Origin: Stramenopiles sp. TOSAG23-2
Taxonomy: Eukaryota
Direction of reading: 5' to 3'
Length of the DNA stretch: 64,000 nucleotides
Assembly: GCA_900128395.1 (NCBI GenBank)
Contig: LT649239.1
Coordinates: 1 to 64,000 of the forward strand
The notes beneath the pieces are model-generated. The model had not been told where the DNA came from. It saw only the letters and a program-made list of their open reading frames with translations, and made no database searches. This document shows positions 48,476-59,183 of the stretch, one piece after another; the stretch's first letter is position 1; the number at the start of each line of letters is the position of its first letter. The position numbers and the translations under genes are program-made.

Positions 48476-49075
48476 TTGTTACGTCGTGCTAAGATTCAAG
48501 TACCTAGACCAATTCATCCTAGTTTTAAAACACATTCATTTATGGTTATTTATGCTGAAAATTCAGTTGACAATATAAAATCTGGAAAACATATTGGTCA
48601 AGATGTAGAAAAATCATTATTGTCTCGCCAACAAACAATTACATCTGTTGTTTCAGAAGCTGAATATGTTGTAATGATTTTGACAGGAGGTGTATTAGAA
48701 GATGAGAGTTGTCTTCGTAATTTACAAATAGTTTTGGATGAAGAAAAAGAATTATTGTTCATCATGTCAAAAGTAGATGATTGGGTATTTGAAGCTAGTG
48801 ATACTGAAATAAAAGCAAATAATAAGACTGCTAAAACAATACGAAAGATGTTAAATGGTCATGAAGTTATGTCGTATCGACCAAAAGGTGGTAAGCGTAA
48901 TTATGAACATGAATCAATGATGAATGAAATGATGATGGAACGTTTGGGTGTGGCAACAGTAATAGAAGAAGTTGGAACAACAATGAACGGGCAGGAGAAT
49001 GGTGTGGTGAATACGGAAGAAGAAGAAGAGAAAGTTAATGTTAATGTTGATGATGATGAACACAAAGAAGATTGA
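48476..49075 (+). pseudogene. 3' fragment of a gene with a TIR-like domain; no clear start, in-frame TAA just upstream
   Basis: EAEYVVMILTGGVL..CLRNL..EEKELLFI and YR..YEHESMM resemble TIR_2-type motifs; the ORF starts at TTG. Confidence 0.4.
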
Positions 49076-49258
49076 AAAATGGTATTGGAAACTTGGAAAC
49101 CGAGAGTAATAGAAAACGTAAAGTCTAAAACAAAGAAATAAGGAAAAAAATAGGAGATGATTGAAACGATTGTGATACATCATTTATGCACCACAATATT
49201 ACACAAATATTAATAAAACAAAATAACAAGTAAAAAAATGTATATTTTTTTGAAACAT

Positions 49259-49400
49259 ATGGTGCGTGGAAGAAGAGAGAATATGTCTCTGATTTCACAT
49301 AACGCATGGTGCGTGGAAGAAGAGAGAATATGTGTCTGATTTCACATAACATGTGTGCGTGGAAGAAGAGAGAATATGTCTGATTTCACATAACATGTGT
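49259..49400. repeat. Three tandem copies of about 45 bp
   Basis: gtgcgtggaagaagagagaatatgt..ctgatttcacataac occurs three times. Confidence 0.9.
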
Positions 49401-50908
49401 GTGTGTGGTGACACCAATAGCTAAATGCGCTGCCGTCGTGTGTATAACATTTCTGATGCTCACATTAATTTTATTAAAATTATTATTAATATTTTTTTAT
49501 TATAAAAAATATATATTATATCATATAAAAAATTCTAATAATATATATCGTAGTCGCGTCGAGTATTGGTTTTTTTATAATTTTATGAAAATATTCTTGT
49601 GGTTTTTTACCAAGAACTTCATGGGCATTTTGAAACTCTGTATCGGCCCAACAACGATAAATATATGGTATCCCATCACTCGTCATACCATTTAACTCTT
49701 TTCCTATGTTAATTACAGCCTCCATTTCTTTTCTTTCTTGATCTGTTTTGCAATATTTTAACAAATCCATTGGTCCAACGGCATTTTCAATATCTTCCCC
49801 TACTAAATTTTTTCGATAGTCATAAATTTGATTCTAAAATTCTATAGGAAAAATGCTACTCGATTATTCCCTTCGTTCTTCCCTGCTACAGCCCTTACCT
49901 TAAAATAGAAAAATGCCAAAACTAAAAACAAAAAGACTAAAAAATAATAATAATAATTGTGATCGATTTGTGCATTCATTATTTTGAACAAAAATATGAA
50001 TAACTAAGACACATTAGTAACAAAATTTATAGATTTATATGCATTGTATGTAGATAAAAGAGAAGTACAATATATACATATATATATACTACATTCCATA
50101 TATATTTTATACGTATATATTAATTAATACACAAGGGATAGTACTACCATATATATATATATATATATATTAATATATATACAATTTCTCCTTCTTAGAG
50201 ATCATTAATATTTCGATATACGTGGTAACAACATGAAATGATTTTGTGATCGTAAAGCTCTTTTTCGTTGTCCAGCATTTTGGCACTCGTAGCATTAGCT
50301 ATATTGTAATACCAGTATTATAATATCAAGAAGCAACTTGCTACACTTGCGACTTGCAAGAGGCAAGATAAAGAGGCAAGAGGCGAGGATATCATAATCA
50401 GGATCTCGACCCTATAAATCTAAATAATATTTTTCATATATCCTTGACTATTGACTATATATCATATACACAAGCTATAAATATATAGGTAATCGGTAAT
50501 CTAATTTACCAAGTACACGCGCCGCAGACTATTATTTTTTTTATATTTGAAAAATAAAATAATAATTTCATCAATAGCCATACCTATTATAATTTCAATA
50601 ATAAATAATAGGCAACAACATAGATCTAATCATTCATAATATCTATAAATATAATATAATAATAATATTATTCTTCTATTATTATTATTTATACTTGCAA
50701 AATAAAAAAAGGAAAAAGAAAGCGAAGAAACATTATTATATCTCGACGAGGAATGGTTAGATGAAATACATACAGACTAAATGAACACATGTCTTTCTCG
50801 TTCGAATTACAACGATGTCAATAAGAATGTGTTAAGAGAAATAACTGTCGTGTTCTTTTCAAACTTGTTATCCCCTCGATTGCTTTAGAAGGCTGTGGTG
50901 GTGGCGGG

Positions 50909-52276
50909 ATGACTGTTGGTCTCCTCTTCCTGCTTTTCGTAGCGTCGGCCCAGTCCATAAGCGTGTGGGACAGTGAAATTGTGTGGCATTCCCAGGTTGA
51001 TCAAGAGAAATATGTCATGCAACAAGTGTATGGCGACTCTGTTCCCCTCGGAACAGGGTATTTTGTTGAGATTGGAGCCGCGGACGGAATCCATATGAGC
51101 AACACCTTGACACTCGAAAAAGCGTTCGGGTGGACCGGTCTCTGCGTCGAGCCCTCTCGTCAATATGCGCGTTTGGTAACAAGCGGACGGAGGTGTGCCA
51201 TGAGGAATGAGCCGCTTTCGAATATATCTGGCATCGTTGTCGATTTTTTTGAAGATGTCCAGAACAGCAGCGTGGATATCCAAGTCGCTGCAAATCGCCT
51301 AAAAAATGATAATAACGGTGAAATGACATTGGGAGCAAATCCAAGCTCAAGAAATCTGTACAGCGGCATCCGCGAGCATTTGCTGTACTCGACCCGGGGA
51401 GAAGTGACGCGTCGTGTAACGCGAACGTTGGAAGAAGTGATGGATGAACATCATGCGCCTCCTTTTGTCCATTTCTTATCGCTCGATACGGAAGGGACCG
51501 AATTCATGATATTGCAGAATTTTAATTTTTCCAAGTACACATTTGGTGCGGTAGCCGTAGAGCACAACCAGCAGGGCGAAAAGCGAGAACAAATTAGACT
51601 ATTGCTGATAGCCCATGGGTACGTTCGAACATTTTGCGTGGAGATGGACGACATATACGTGCACGCCAGCCTCGTATTAGCACGGGGTATTTTTGTAGAT
51701 CCACGTATGTGCGACACAAAATTGCTTCGCTTGAAATGCCCGCAACCCGAAGCCAATAAGCAAATATTAGTACAGGCCTGCCTGGCTTACAAGGGGTTGG
51801 ATGAAAATGCGTGCCGCCAGCTGCAGGAGAGAATGCTCTCCAAGTCCCACGAGTGCGGAAAGATGAGTTTGTCGGAACGCAGTCTACTGGAAGTTGTCGT
51901 TCCGGTGCTATTGAACCAAGACTTCTACTTTAAAGTTGGACTGGAAGATAAGACAGACAAGGTAGTGATACCTCTGGGGCCGTCAAGTAATCTTGAAACC
52001 GTGACTGCCGAGTTTTGTACCAAGCACGCCCTAAGTAGCGAGCAATGCGAAAGGTTGCTCTTGGAGCTAGAAAAATTCATTCGGCAGTCTTTGCAGGTTG
52101 AGACTCAGAAAAGTATTTTAGAGGTCGTCCGGTATATGAAAAAGAAAGGCACGTGTGCTCACTCCCTGTCTATATTGGATCGCTCGGCAGTTGACCCAAA
52201 TAACTCCCAGGCTGCATTTTTGGAGGGGTGCAATAGGCTAGCAGCACATGCGTCTGAGTTAAAAAGAATATTTTAA
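50909..52276 (+). CDS. FkbM/Methyltransf_21-family SAM methyltransferase with signal peptide; GC-rich relative to the host
   Basis: YFVEIGAADG..SNTLTLEK..GWTGLCVEP; FLSLDTEGTEFMIL..FGAVAVEHN. Confidence 0.9.
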   Translation: MTVGLLFLLFVASAQSISVWDSEIVWHSQVDQEKYVMQQVYGDSVPLGTGYFVEIGAADGIHMSNTLTLEKAFGWTGLCVEPSRQYARLVTSGRRCAMRNEPLSNISGIVVDFFEDVQNSSVDIQVAANRLKNDNNGEMTLGANPSSRNLYSGIREHLLYSTRGEVTRRVTRTLEEVMDEHHAPPFVHFLSLDTEGTEFMILQNFNFSKYTFGAVAVEHNQQGEKREQIRLLLIAHGYVRTFCVEMDDIYVHASLVLARGIFVDPRMCDTKLLRLKCPQPEANKQILVQACLAYKGLDENACRQLQERMLSKSHECGKMSLSERSLLEVVVPVLLNQDFYFKVGLEDKTDKVVIPLGPSSNLETVTAEFCTKHALSSEQCERLLLELEKFIRQSLQVETQKSILEVVRYMKKKGTCAHSLSILDRSAVDPNNSQAAFLEGCNRLAAHASELKRIF

Positions 52277-52434
52277 ATATTTTAAATTTTTGTATGATAC
52301 AAAAAATCCCTCTCATAATTAAAACAACTCTATGTAAAGACATGCACACAAAAAAAACCACCACATTCACACATTCACACATCACACATTCACTATTTCC
52401 TCTCTCTCTCTCCTCCCTCTTTTGGTTTTCACAC

Positions 52435-54254
52435 TCATTCATTTTTCCCCCTTTTTTTATAATTACTACGACGAGCATTTGATGACATGTATGTATCATA
52501 ATAATCAGCATTGAATATATATTTTGCAATTTTATCAGCACTATCGGTAGAACCAATTCGTTTTGCATTTTTTTTTAATGAAGCAAGACGTTTTTTGTCT
52601 TTTAAAATTTTTTCAATTTTATATCCTAACATCCTTGAATCATTTATTTTGATTCCTGCACCTTCCTCTAATATCATATCTGCATTCCGTAATTCTTGCC
52701 CGGGTAAACTATGATACACAACAATAGCAGTACCCATTGCCAATGATTCTGCAGTTGTTAATCCACCTGGTTTTGTGATAATTAAATCAGCGCATGATAA
52801 ATATTCATCTGTGAAGCATAGCGTATATGAACAAGAAAAATGGTGTTAGAGAGAGAGAAGGTATCCTTTTTAGAGGTTTAATATATATATATAGGGGAAT
52901 ATATTAGAATTTACTTACGCATCACACGAGTAAAACCTTCAATTTTTACTTTATGCCTAATCGGTACATTGATTGCTAATAATTGATCTCTCAAATCTTC
53001 ATGTCTTCCACATACAAGTGCAATCTGTACACTAGTTGTCATTTCTAATAATGCATGATACGTTTCAAAGATATCATCGCCACCAGCCATTAATAATATA
53101 ATTGGTAATTTACCATCTAATTGTAAATCTTTTAAACACTTTTGTTTTGAACGTACATTTGAAAATGCTTGAACAATTGGCATACCGGTAATTTGTATTA
53201 AATCATTTGAAATTCCCATTTCTTGTAAGGCATGTCTACATTCATCCCTTGCAACGAAAAAATGCTCACATGGTTGACATGCCCAATATGCATGAACGTC
53301 AAAATCGGTTACTGCTGTTACTTGCGGTACATTGAATGCAGGTAATTTCTGTCTTAAATGTGATATAATCTTTAATCCAAGAAAATGCGTATTGATTATA
53401 ATATCTGGTTTGAAATTAAATAAATACTCGACAAACGATAATGAAAATGCTTCTTCTAAAACAGTTTGAAAGAAACCATGTTCGCCAACATCTAATCCAG
53501 GAGCTTGCTGATTTGATCTATCAAACATCAATCCGATAAATGCTTGTCCCCAATCTTCACCTACTAATGTCATAAAACCTTTTTTATATACTGTTCGTAA
53601 AAACCATTCTTGTGTATCAATAATATCTAATACTTTCACAACAGTTTTACCATTCTTCTCGTCATTATTATTATCATTATCATTGTCACTTGCTATTTCA
53701 CCACCTGAATTAATAATGCGTTTTTTAATAGCTTCTTCTATTGCTTGCGCGGCACGCTTGTGCCCACTACCAACAGATGCATGAATAATTAAGATACGCT
53801 TTGGTTGCCCTGTACATTTATTTAACCCAACTTTTGTTAACTGCCTATATTTATATGCTTTAAATGCTACAATGATCAACTTATACAAAACAGCGACAAC
53901 GTGTCCTAATAAATAAAACACAATGTGTAAAAATATAGTTTGATGTGATTTTATTGAAAGTGAATCTTTCCATATGAATAAATATGGTTTTGCTTCCTCG
54001 TCAGCAATGTATGCCAGTATAGTTGGATGCGTGTTTTTCACAATTCCTGCGACGAGTGTAAATAGAAAGCTCAATAATGCTGCAACTGTATTTAATTGAT
54101 GTGTTTTATAGAGCCTGTGATGCAACTGCAATATATTAATAGAACCATCTATTACTGATGAACCAACAAATACAAAGACAGCTAATATGAAACATGCAGA
54201 TATTCTATCTTCCGGTGACTCCATGTCGAAGTATTGTTTATAATGTTCCATCAT
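52435..54254 (-). CDS. GT28 diacylglycerol glycosyltransferase (UgtP/MGDG synthase family) with N-terminal transmembrane segments; 2 exons (54254-52919, 52808-52435), about 569 aa
   Basis: ASVGSGHKRAA, PDIIINTH, VTDFDVHAYW, TGMPI; intron 52809-52918 (GTAAGT..CAG) restores MHEYLSCADLIITKPGGLTTAE. Confidence 0.92.
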
Positions 54255-54672
54255 GTGATAACGAGCGTATTAAGATTTCAATTTATGTTCTTTCATATAT
54301 ATCTCTTCTCTCTTCCTATTGTCTATTTATTATATATATATATGGGTGAGTATTAGCAGAGCGTATGATATTAGAAGTGAGTCATTTATTTGACAGAGGA
54401 GAAGAGGGATAGTATTTGCTATTTGTCGTCATCTAAAACAAGATTTAACCACTGTATCAAAATCAAAATATAAAATATTAATTACATACAGAGAAGATAT
54501 TCTTTTAAAATATTATTATTATGTGTACATCTTTTTTTATTATATATAATATCCAATCTCATTCCCAGATATTATGGCATATGCACATGTATATTAATAA
54601 AAAATTATAAAACACATTCCCTGCATCGTCTTCATGTGTTATAAAAGTCATTATCAAGATTACTTGATGACA

Positions 54673-56022
54673 CTAAACACTTCCAATGCCAGTACTGCCA
54701 ATACCCAAACCAGACATAGATGGCATACCTGACATCCCTCCCAGTGAATTCCCAACATTCTGTGCCCATGATTGACTATGTCTTGCTATTGCTTTTCCCG
54801 TATTGACAAATGCTTTAGTTACAGCATGTCTAACTGTTATTGATGATGTTCGATTGTCCCAATAATATGGATAATTTTCGTTGCACTTATCTATTAATAT
54901 CATATCATCATCACTTAATTCGAAATCATATATATCAATATTTTCCCGAATATGTTTACCATTCGAACTACGTGGCAACGGTATTATATTTTGTTGTTTC
55001 ATCCAACGAGCAAGAATTTGATGTTTGCTTTTATTCATTCGTTTACTAATTTCTTCTAACGTACGATTGACTCTTTTTGCACCAGGACTTGTGACATTCG
55101 CATCACTTGACATAGAAATTTGTGTTGCCATTCCCATACCATAACCAATTAATATAACACCCATTGATTTTGCTGTTTCAAGCAATTCTTTTGATGCAAA
55201 TCTTGGATGGTATTCCAATTGATTGACTGCTGGCATTATTTCAGCATATTCCTTCATCTCTAGTAATAATTCTTTCGTATAATTACTAACGCCAATGTAT
55301 CGACATTTACCTTGTCGTTTTGCTTTTTCCAATGCTTTCCAAGATGCTTTTCGTCTTTCATATGATACATCCATATCCACCTTTGCTGTAAGTGATTTCC
55401 TAGCTGTTTCTTGCATCATTTCACGTGCATCATATCCATTTGGTAATATCTTTGGTTTCACTGCACCATCGTTATCTTTATAATTAAATAATTCAAAAAA
55501 ATGTGGCAAACATGCACTGTTGTATTCTTGAATACTTGCAGTCGGGTTGTGTATTAAAAATAAATCAACGTACTTCAATTTCAATTCAGATAATGATATA
55601 GCAATTGATTCTTCTTCATCACCTTTTAAATTTAAGCCACCTTTGTACATCCAGATATCATCCTTACCTTTTGAATCTGGTGGAAAAAAGCCAACTTTAC
55701 TTGTAATAAAGATATCATCGCGATCTAGATCTAATTCTGCCATTGCGCGCGCTACAGCATTTCCAACTTCGGCATGATTTCCATAAAGCAAAGCTGTATC
55801 TATTAAACGATATCCCCAACGTATTGCTTCAACTATAGCTTCTTCTCCCATTTCCCCTTTCAAACCAGACGTACCAAAACCAACTTGTGGAATTTTGCCA
55901 CCTTGACCTTGAACAGCAAAATTATAAGTTGGAACATTTGACGATTCATTTAACGATGGACTTATATTACCACCATTACCACTATTAGATGTTTTCGATT
56001 CATCATCTGCAATTGATGCCAT
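54673..56022 (-). CDS. Aldo/keto reductase
   Basis: IPQVGFGT, IDTALLYGN, FITSKV, DLFLIHNP (D/Y/K/H tetrad), IGVSNY, PAVNQLEYHP. Confidence 0.93.
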   Translation of the reverse strand: MASIADDESKTSNSGNGGNISPSLNESSNVPTYNFAVQGQGGKIPQVGFGTSGLKGEMGEEAIVEAIRWGYRLIDTALLYGNHAEVGNAVARAMAELDLDRDDIFITSKVGFFPPDSKGKDDIWMYKGGLNLKGDEEESIAISLSELKLKYVDLFLIHNPTASIQEYNSACLPHFFELFNYKDNDGAVKPKILPNGYDAREMMQETARKSLTAKVDMDVSYERRKASWKALEKAKRQGKCRYIGVSNYTKELLLEMKEYAEIMPAVNQLEYHPRFASKELLETAKSMGVILIGYGMGMATQISMSSDANVTSPGAKRVNRTLEEISKRMNKSKHQILARWMKQQNIIPLPRSSNGKHIRENIDIYDFELSDDDMILIDKCNENYPYYWDNRTSSITVRHAVTKAFVNTGKAIARHSQSWAQNVGNSLGGMSGMPSMSGLGIGSTGIGSV

Positions 56023-56927
56023 TGTTATATTTTTTTATGACAACTTGCGTGAATATTCAAATTGAAAATAGAGGGGGGTAAGACGAAAATCTTTTATTTG
56101 AAATTATTATATAGTATATTGTTTTTTTGAAATTATTAAAATGCAAAAAAAAATAATAATATTATATATATATATATATATATATTCAATTAATAATATG
56201 CACAGCACTTCCTCTTCTATTTTGAAAGAATATTTATTGCAAAGATATATTATACCAATAACAGAAAAGAAAACAACGATAGATATATTGTGTGTGTGTG
56301 TGTATACATCTGTATGGGTGTGTGCCATGCATGCACAATAATAATAATTATTTTCTAGTCGTCTAGCCAAGATAAACTGGGACTTTTTTTTGTGTCAAAA
56401 ATGTGAAACCAAAAAAACATTTTTCACAAAACGTTCTATTGTTAAACATAGTGATATCGTCAAGCCCTAATTCGGGTATAATAATTTTTTTTGCCAAAAT
56501 ATTTTGCAGGAGTACAAATTTTTTTTTTGCCTGATCAAAAAATTTATTCTATAGTCTATACTATCCGGATATATTTATGTATTTGCACATTTAGAATATT
56601 TGTTTGAAAAAAATCATCTCGATAAAAAAATCGGAATCTTAGTATACAAATATATATACTTAATATATTTTAAAAAAAGTATGAACGATTATTTCAGAAA
56701 TTATTTTTCCTTGTGTAAAATTATGTATAAATAGAATAAAGAATTGTAACAATTTAAATTGTTGTTGTTGTTGTTTTGCGGATATTTTGATTAATATTTT
56801 TATAGATGAATTATTTGATATTTTGTGATTTTATGTATGATGATATAATAATGTTCGGACATACTTTCAATAAACCTTGTAAATGAGAAGGATTATTTGT
56901 GGATTTCAAAACGACGTTTAATTTAAG

Positions 56928-57714
56928 TACTAATTTAGTATACTAATTTATGTATATTTGATAGAGAGGTATTGGATATTACCAAAAAGCGGATATTCTT
57001 AGTTTATTCCGCTATAATATTTTTTGGATTCCTATTATAACATAGCCACAGCACTAGCTACGATTGAAATTATTCATAAAAGATATCAGATGAGATCGGG
57101 AGATTCTTCTCGAAATATCGAAGAAGAAGATTTGTTCTATGAACTATGATGAATAATGATATATTGCATTTATATATACATCAATAGACACAAAGGATGG
57201 AAAGGTGCAGCATAGATAGTAAGAATACAAAAACGGAAGTCTTTTTTTCTGGCTAGCTGTCTTTTTTATCTCTCTGTCTCTCTCTCTCTGTGTGTGTCAA
57301 GAAAAAATAATTAATACTAATTTAGTATACTAATTTATGTATATTTGATAGAGAGGTATTGGATATTACCAAAAAGCGGATATTCTTAAGTTTATTCCGC
57401 TATAATAATTTTTGGATTCATATTATAAGATAGACACAGCACTATCTACGATTGAAATTATTCATAAAAGATATCAGATGAGATCGGGAGATTAAGGTAA
57501 AATCTCGAAATATCGAAGAAGATTTGTTCTATGAACTATGAATAAAGATATATTGCATTTATATATATATCAATAGACACAAAAGATGGAAAGGTGCAGC
57601 ATAGATAGTAAGAATATAAAAACGGAAGAAGGAAGTCTTTTTTCTGGCTAGCTGTCTTTTTTATCTCTCTCTATCTCTCTGTCTCTCTCTCTCTGTGTGT
57701 GTCAAGAAAAAATA
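56928..57714. repeat. Diverged tandem duplication with a unit of about 387 bp
   Basis: tactaatttagtatactaatttatg at 56928 and 57315; the copies differ by SNPs and small indels. Confidence 0.9.
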
Positions 57715-57813
57715 TTTATGTACGTATAGTCGTGTATAATATATATATAGTAATAATTAATAATTTACTGGCACGTATTTACTTTAGTTAGTCAATATCA
57801 TATCAATTGGTAT

Positions 57814-58272
57814 ATGCGAAACTCTAAACGTTCGCAGCAAAATAATAACAGGAAACATAATAATACGTCACATACTAGGCAACGATCCGATATCGAATTA
57901 TCAAGTATGAATAATAACAGTACAATCTCAGATGATAGAGGGCCATTGTTAGGGAATGATAATTCCAATAGTAATAACAGTATGGAAGATAATAAGAAAC
58001 CACCAAATATGGTACGGATACAATGTTGTGCAATCACGTCCGTAGCAGGATTTATAATATTATCCTTTATTGCTACGTATATATTAGCAGATAGTGAAGG
58101 AAAACATTTAATATTAGATCGTGAAGATACAAAAGAAGCACGACAGCACAAAGCGCTTCATGTATTTATCGCCGCTGGTATGTATTTAGTGTTAGGAATA
58201 TACAATTGTTTTTTATGGAAAAAATCTGATAATACATATAATAATGGACCAGGATATCAAGCGCTTGATTAA
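57814..58272 (+). CDS. RNase kappa / V-ATPase subunit f-like two-TM protein
   Basis: CC..S..G.I.L first TM; VFIAAGMYLVLG resembles RNASEK CFIAAGLYLLLG. Confidence 0.65.
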   Translation: MRNSKRSQQNNNRKHNNTSHTRQRSDIELSSMNNNSTISDDRGPLLGNDNSNSNNSMEDNKKPPNMVRIQCCAITSVAGFIILSFIATYILADSEGKHLILDREDTKEARQHKALHVFIAAGMYLVLGIYNCFLWKKSDNTYNNGPGYQALD

Positions 58273-59183
58273 ATAGACTGTATCATATTTATACACGAAG
58301 TTGTCTACACATACTGTGTACAAAGAGAGACTGTTTTTAATCAAAAGCACCTGTCGCATATTGTAGTTGGGTGGAAATTGTAGAGAGTATGAAACATATA
58401 TATCGTATGAGATGCATCATTATGAACGCTTCATATTATGATTTATTACTCTCTCTAACATAAAAAAAGATATCATATATATATAATATCATATATATAT
58501 GATATATATCATCTGACTTCGATTTTAGTGAGATAGATATTTGAATATTGGCTCAAGCACTGTAATCCCAAGGACCAAGGAGAGAGGAGAGTGTATAGAG
58601 GGTGAATTGTGAATTGTTGTAACACTGTGGGTAGAAATAAAAAATATCTGACTTCGATTTTAGTGAGATAGATATTTGAATATTGGCTCAAGCACTGTAA
58701 TCCCAAGGACCAAGGAGAGAGGAGAGTGTATAGAGGGTGAATTGTGAATTGTTGTAACACTGTGGGTAGAAATAAAAAATTAAAGAGATACGCGTACATT
58801 TATAATATATACGATTTGTAATATTTTTAAAATTAATACTCGTACTTCTCGTACGTATAATTTTTTAGAGACCGGTGTGCCGGTGTGTGTGTAATAACAC
58901 ATTAAATGTGGTTTCCTCAGTCTCTGAAATTTTTACCGATCCTATCATATATGGCATAATATAATGACACACATATGATCATATGATATGCATAATAATA
59001 ACATCCACATGCATCCATGTTAATATTATGAAGTTTATTCTCCCTTCCATTTGTCACTCTCTACATGGTATATGAAAGAACTGATATATGCATATATATA
59101 TATTAATATAATATTTTTTAATATAAATACATTGAAGTCCGCTGTATGATAGATCTAGGATCATCTACGCATATATAGTATTT

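Noticed and set aside
54488-54502. U6 snRNA-like ACAGAGAAGAT
   Set aside because: Not followed by TAGCATGGCC or other U6 elements.
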